A stretch of DNA of 63,918 nt, filler included, from Octopus bimaculoides (lineage: Eukaryota), in assembly GCF_001194135.2 (NCBI RefSeq). It is 6 parts of 5 records of this genome, joined end to end, with 100 filler letters (N's around TTAATTAATTAA, not from the genome) between each part and the next. Parts side by side here need not be neighbours in the genome. Positions count along the whole stretch, not along the records: positions 40,251 to 62,479 come from NC_068984.1; positions 62,580 to 63,918 come from NW_026424586.1; 4 more parts are not named here. The stretch is one strand, 5' to 3'. The position numbers were made by a program, and so were the translations under genes. Below, in pieces: positions 62,110 to 63,918 of the stretch. A model generated the notes under the pieces. It ran no database searches. It worked only from the letters and a program-made list of their open reading frames with translations, and was not told the origin of the DNA. Numbering within the stretch: position 1 is the first letter of the stretch; every line of letters starts with the position of its first letter.

Positions 62110-62479
62110 TACCTTGCATTAAATGAGGATGCAAAGAAAGAGGTCTGGAGATGCCACTACGATAGATTGCTTAATAAAGAGAATGAATGGGAGAAAGAGA
62201 GCCTGCCTTATGTCGACCCAATAGAGGGACCAGCTATCCGAGTTGATAGTACCAGGGTAGATAAAGCAATTAAGAGTATGAAGACCGGGAAAGCCCCCGG
62301 CCCATCAGGAATCACTGCAGAGATGCTCAAAATATCTGGCAGTGTTGGCTATAGCCTAGTCACCCGTATTACGAACCAGGTGATACACGAAGGAGTCATA
62401 CCCTATGACTGGTGTAGCAGCATCATAGTCAACTGCTACAAAGGTAAAGGGGACGCTTTAGATACAAATAATTACAGAG
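62110..62479 (+). mobile_element. RTE LINE fragment with an uninterrupted frame into the RT N-terminus, cut by a gap
   Basis: AIKSMKTGKAPGPSGITAEMLK...IPYDWCSSIIVNCYKGKGDALDTNNYR. Confidence 0.93.
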
Positions 62480-62579
62480 NNNNNNNNNNNNNNNNNNNNN
62501 NNNNNNNNNNNNNNNNNNNNNNNTTAATTAATTAANNNNNNNNNNNNNNNNNNNNNNNNNNNNNNNNNNNNNNNNNNNN

Positions 62580-63487
62580 CCTTCCAGTATTTTCCATATG
62601 TAAATTATTACATATCTCTCCCGTCTGCGCTCCAGGGAGTAGAGGCTTAGTGCCTTCAGTCGCTCCCTGTAATTCATCTGCTGGACAGTGGCGATCATTT
62701 CTGCATAGTGACGCTGAATTGCTTCAAGTTCTGTTGTTAGCATGACACTGTGTGGTGACCACAACTGAGAGCAATAGTCTAGGCAGCTCAGAACAAATGT
62801 CTTCCATAGAGTCAACATGACTTTTTGATCCCTTGTTCTGAATGTCCTCAGTGTCCACCCTGCCAGTTGTCTGCACTTTGCTGTCAACTTGACAATGTGC
62901 ATGTGAAATGATGCATCCCTACAAATGCTGAAGCCCAGGTCTCTCACTGTTTGTGGTTTCTGGGATTGCAGTACCTCCAGGTCCTGTGTATGCCAGTTAG
63001 AGGACACTTGCGGCCTTGTAGCGCAGTACTTGAAATTTGTTTGCATTGAACTGCATATTATTTTGCTCTGCCCACATGTATATTGTATTTAGGTCATTCT
63101 GCAGGTTTATGACATCATCACGATCCTTTATTGCGTGAGATAGTTTTGTGTCATCAGCGTAGCTAGTGATAATGGCTGTCCGAGTGACTGTGGGCATGTT
63201 CAGAAGGGCTACTATGAACAGCAGTGGCACCAGGACAGTTCCTTGCGGAACACCGCTCAATATTTGCATTTCCCTAGATAATTCTACATTGGCAACTGCC
63301 TTACTTCTACAATTTAGGAAGTCATGCAGCCACTCACCTAATTTACCAGCTATGCCAAGGTTTCGCAGCTTGTGACATATCATGCCATGATCAACCCTGT
63401 CGAAGGCCTTTGCAAATTTGAAATATATCACGTCAACATTTGAATGGTCAGGCAGCTGCTTCAGGATGCAGTCATAATGGCGCAAGA
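62580..63487 (-). mobile_element. CR1-group LINE RT fragment
   Basis: FAKAFDRVDHG, SGVPQGTVLVPLLF, SYADDTKL, MQFNANKFQVL, VRDLG and LDYCSQLWSP. Confidence 0.93.
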
Positions 63488-63569
63488 GTCACATATATAT
63501 ACACACATACATATATATATATATACATATATGTATACATACAAACATGTATACACATATATATATATG

Positions 63570-63610
<41 letters not shown>

Positions 63611-63629
63611 ATATATATATATATACACA

Positions 63630-63669
<40 letters not shown>

Positions 63670-63918
63670 TATACAGGTATATATATATATTGATACATAC
63701 ATACATATATACACACATATACATGTACATGCATATATACATATATATACATGCATATATATATACATCTACATATATACATACATGCAAATATATATAT
63801 ACATACATACATATATACATACATGCATATATATATATATATACATCTACATATATACATACATGCAAATATATATACATACATGCATATATATATATAT
63901 ACATACATATATATACAT
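63488..63918. repeat. (TA)/(CA)-rich low-complexity tract
   Basis: Direct reading. Confidence 0.95.

Overview
This is eukaryotic, AT-rich DNA packed with microsatellites and transposon remnants, with many N gaps. The SINE and LINE families suggest a coleoid cephalopod, most likely Octopus (inference). It is not prokaryotic, and I found no CRISPR array, operon or intact RNA gene. Nearly all supplied ORFs are microsatellite artefacts or decayed transposon frames. The one supported host gene has two small + strand exons (51405-51457 and 61257-61338) that splice in frame to IYRHSFLAKYELYEVATRFTTPFRGPNNEIIAFSFVAWTPVGHGV. This matches the beta-propeller of a DPP4-family (S9B) dipeptidyl peptidase, so at least the right third of the window is intron of that gene. 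The rest comprises three tRNA-related SINE families, RTE, CR1-group and R4/Dong LINE fragments, Penelope-like remnants, mariner/piggyBac/hAT-type MITEs and several fold-back palindromes. Best leads: (1) one RTE element appears split by a 3.1-kb block that carries the conserved DPP exon and is flanked by a 10-bp duplication; (2) two opposed 28S rRNA fragments lie outside rDNA, and the better-conserved one starts exactly at the R2 target site; (3) a TSD-flanked element joins a tRNA head to a minimal hammerhead tail, and a second family also carries a hammerhead; (4) CpG content switches near the linker-marked gaps. Transposon boundaries were set by eye and are approximate unless a TSD or TIR is given.
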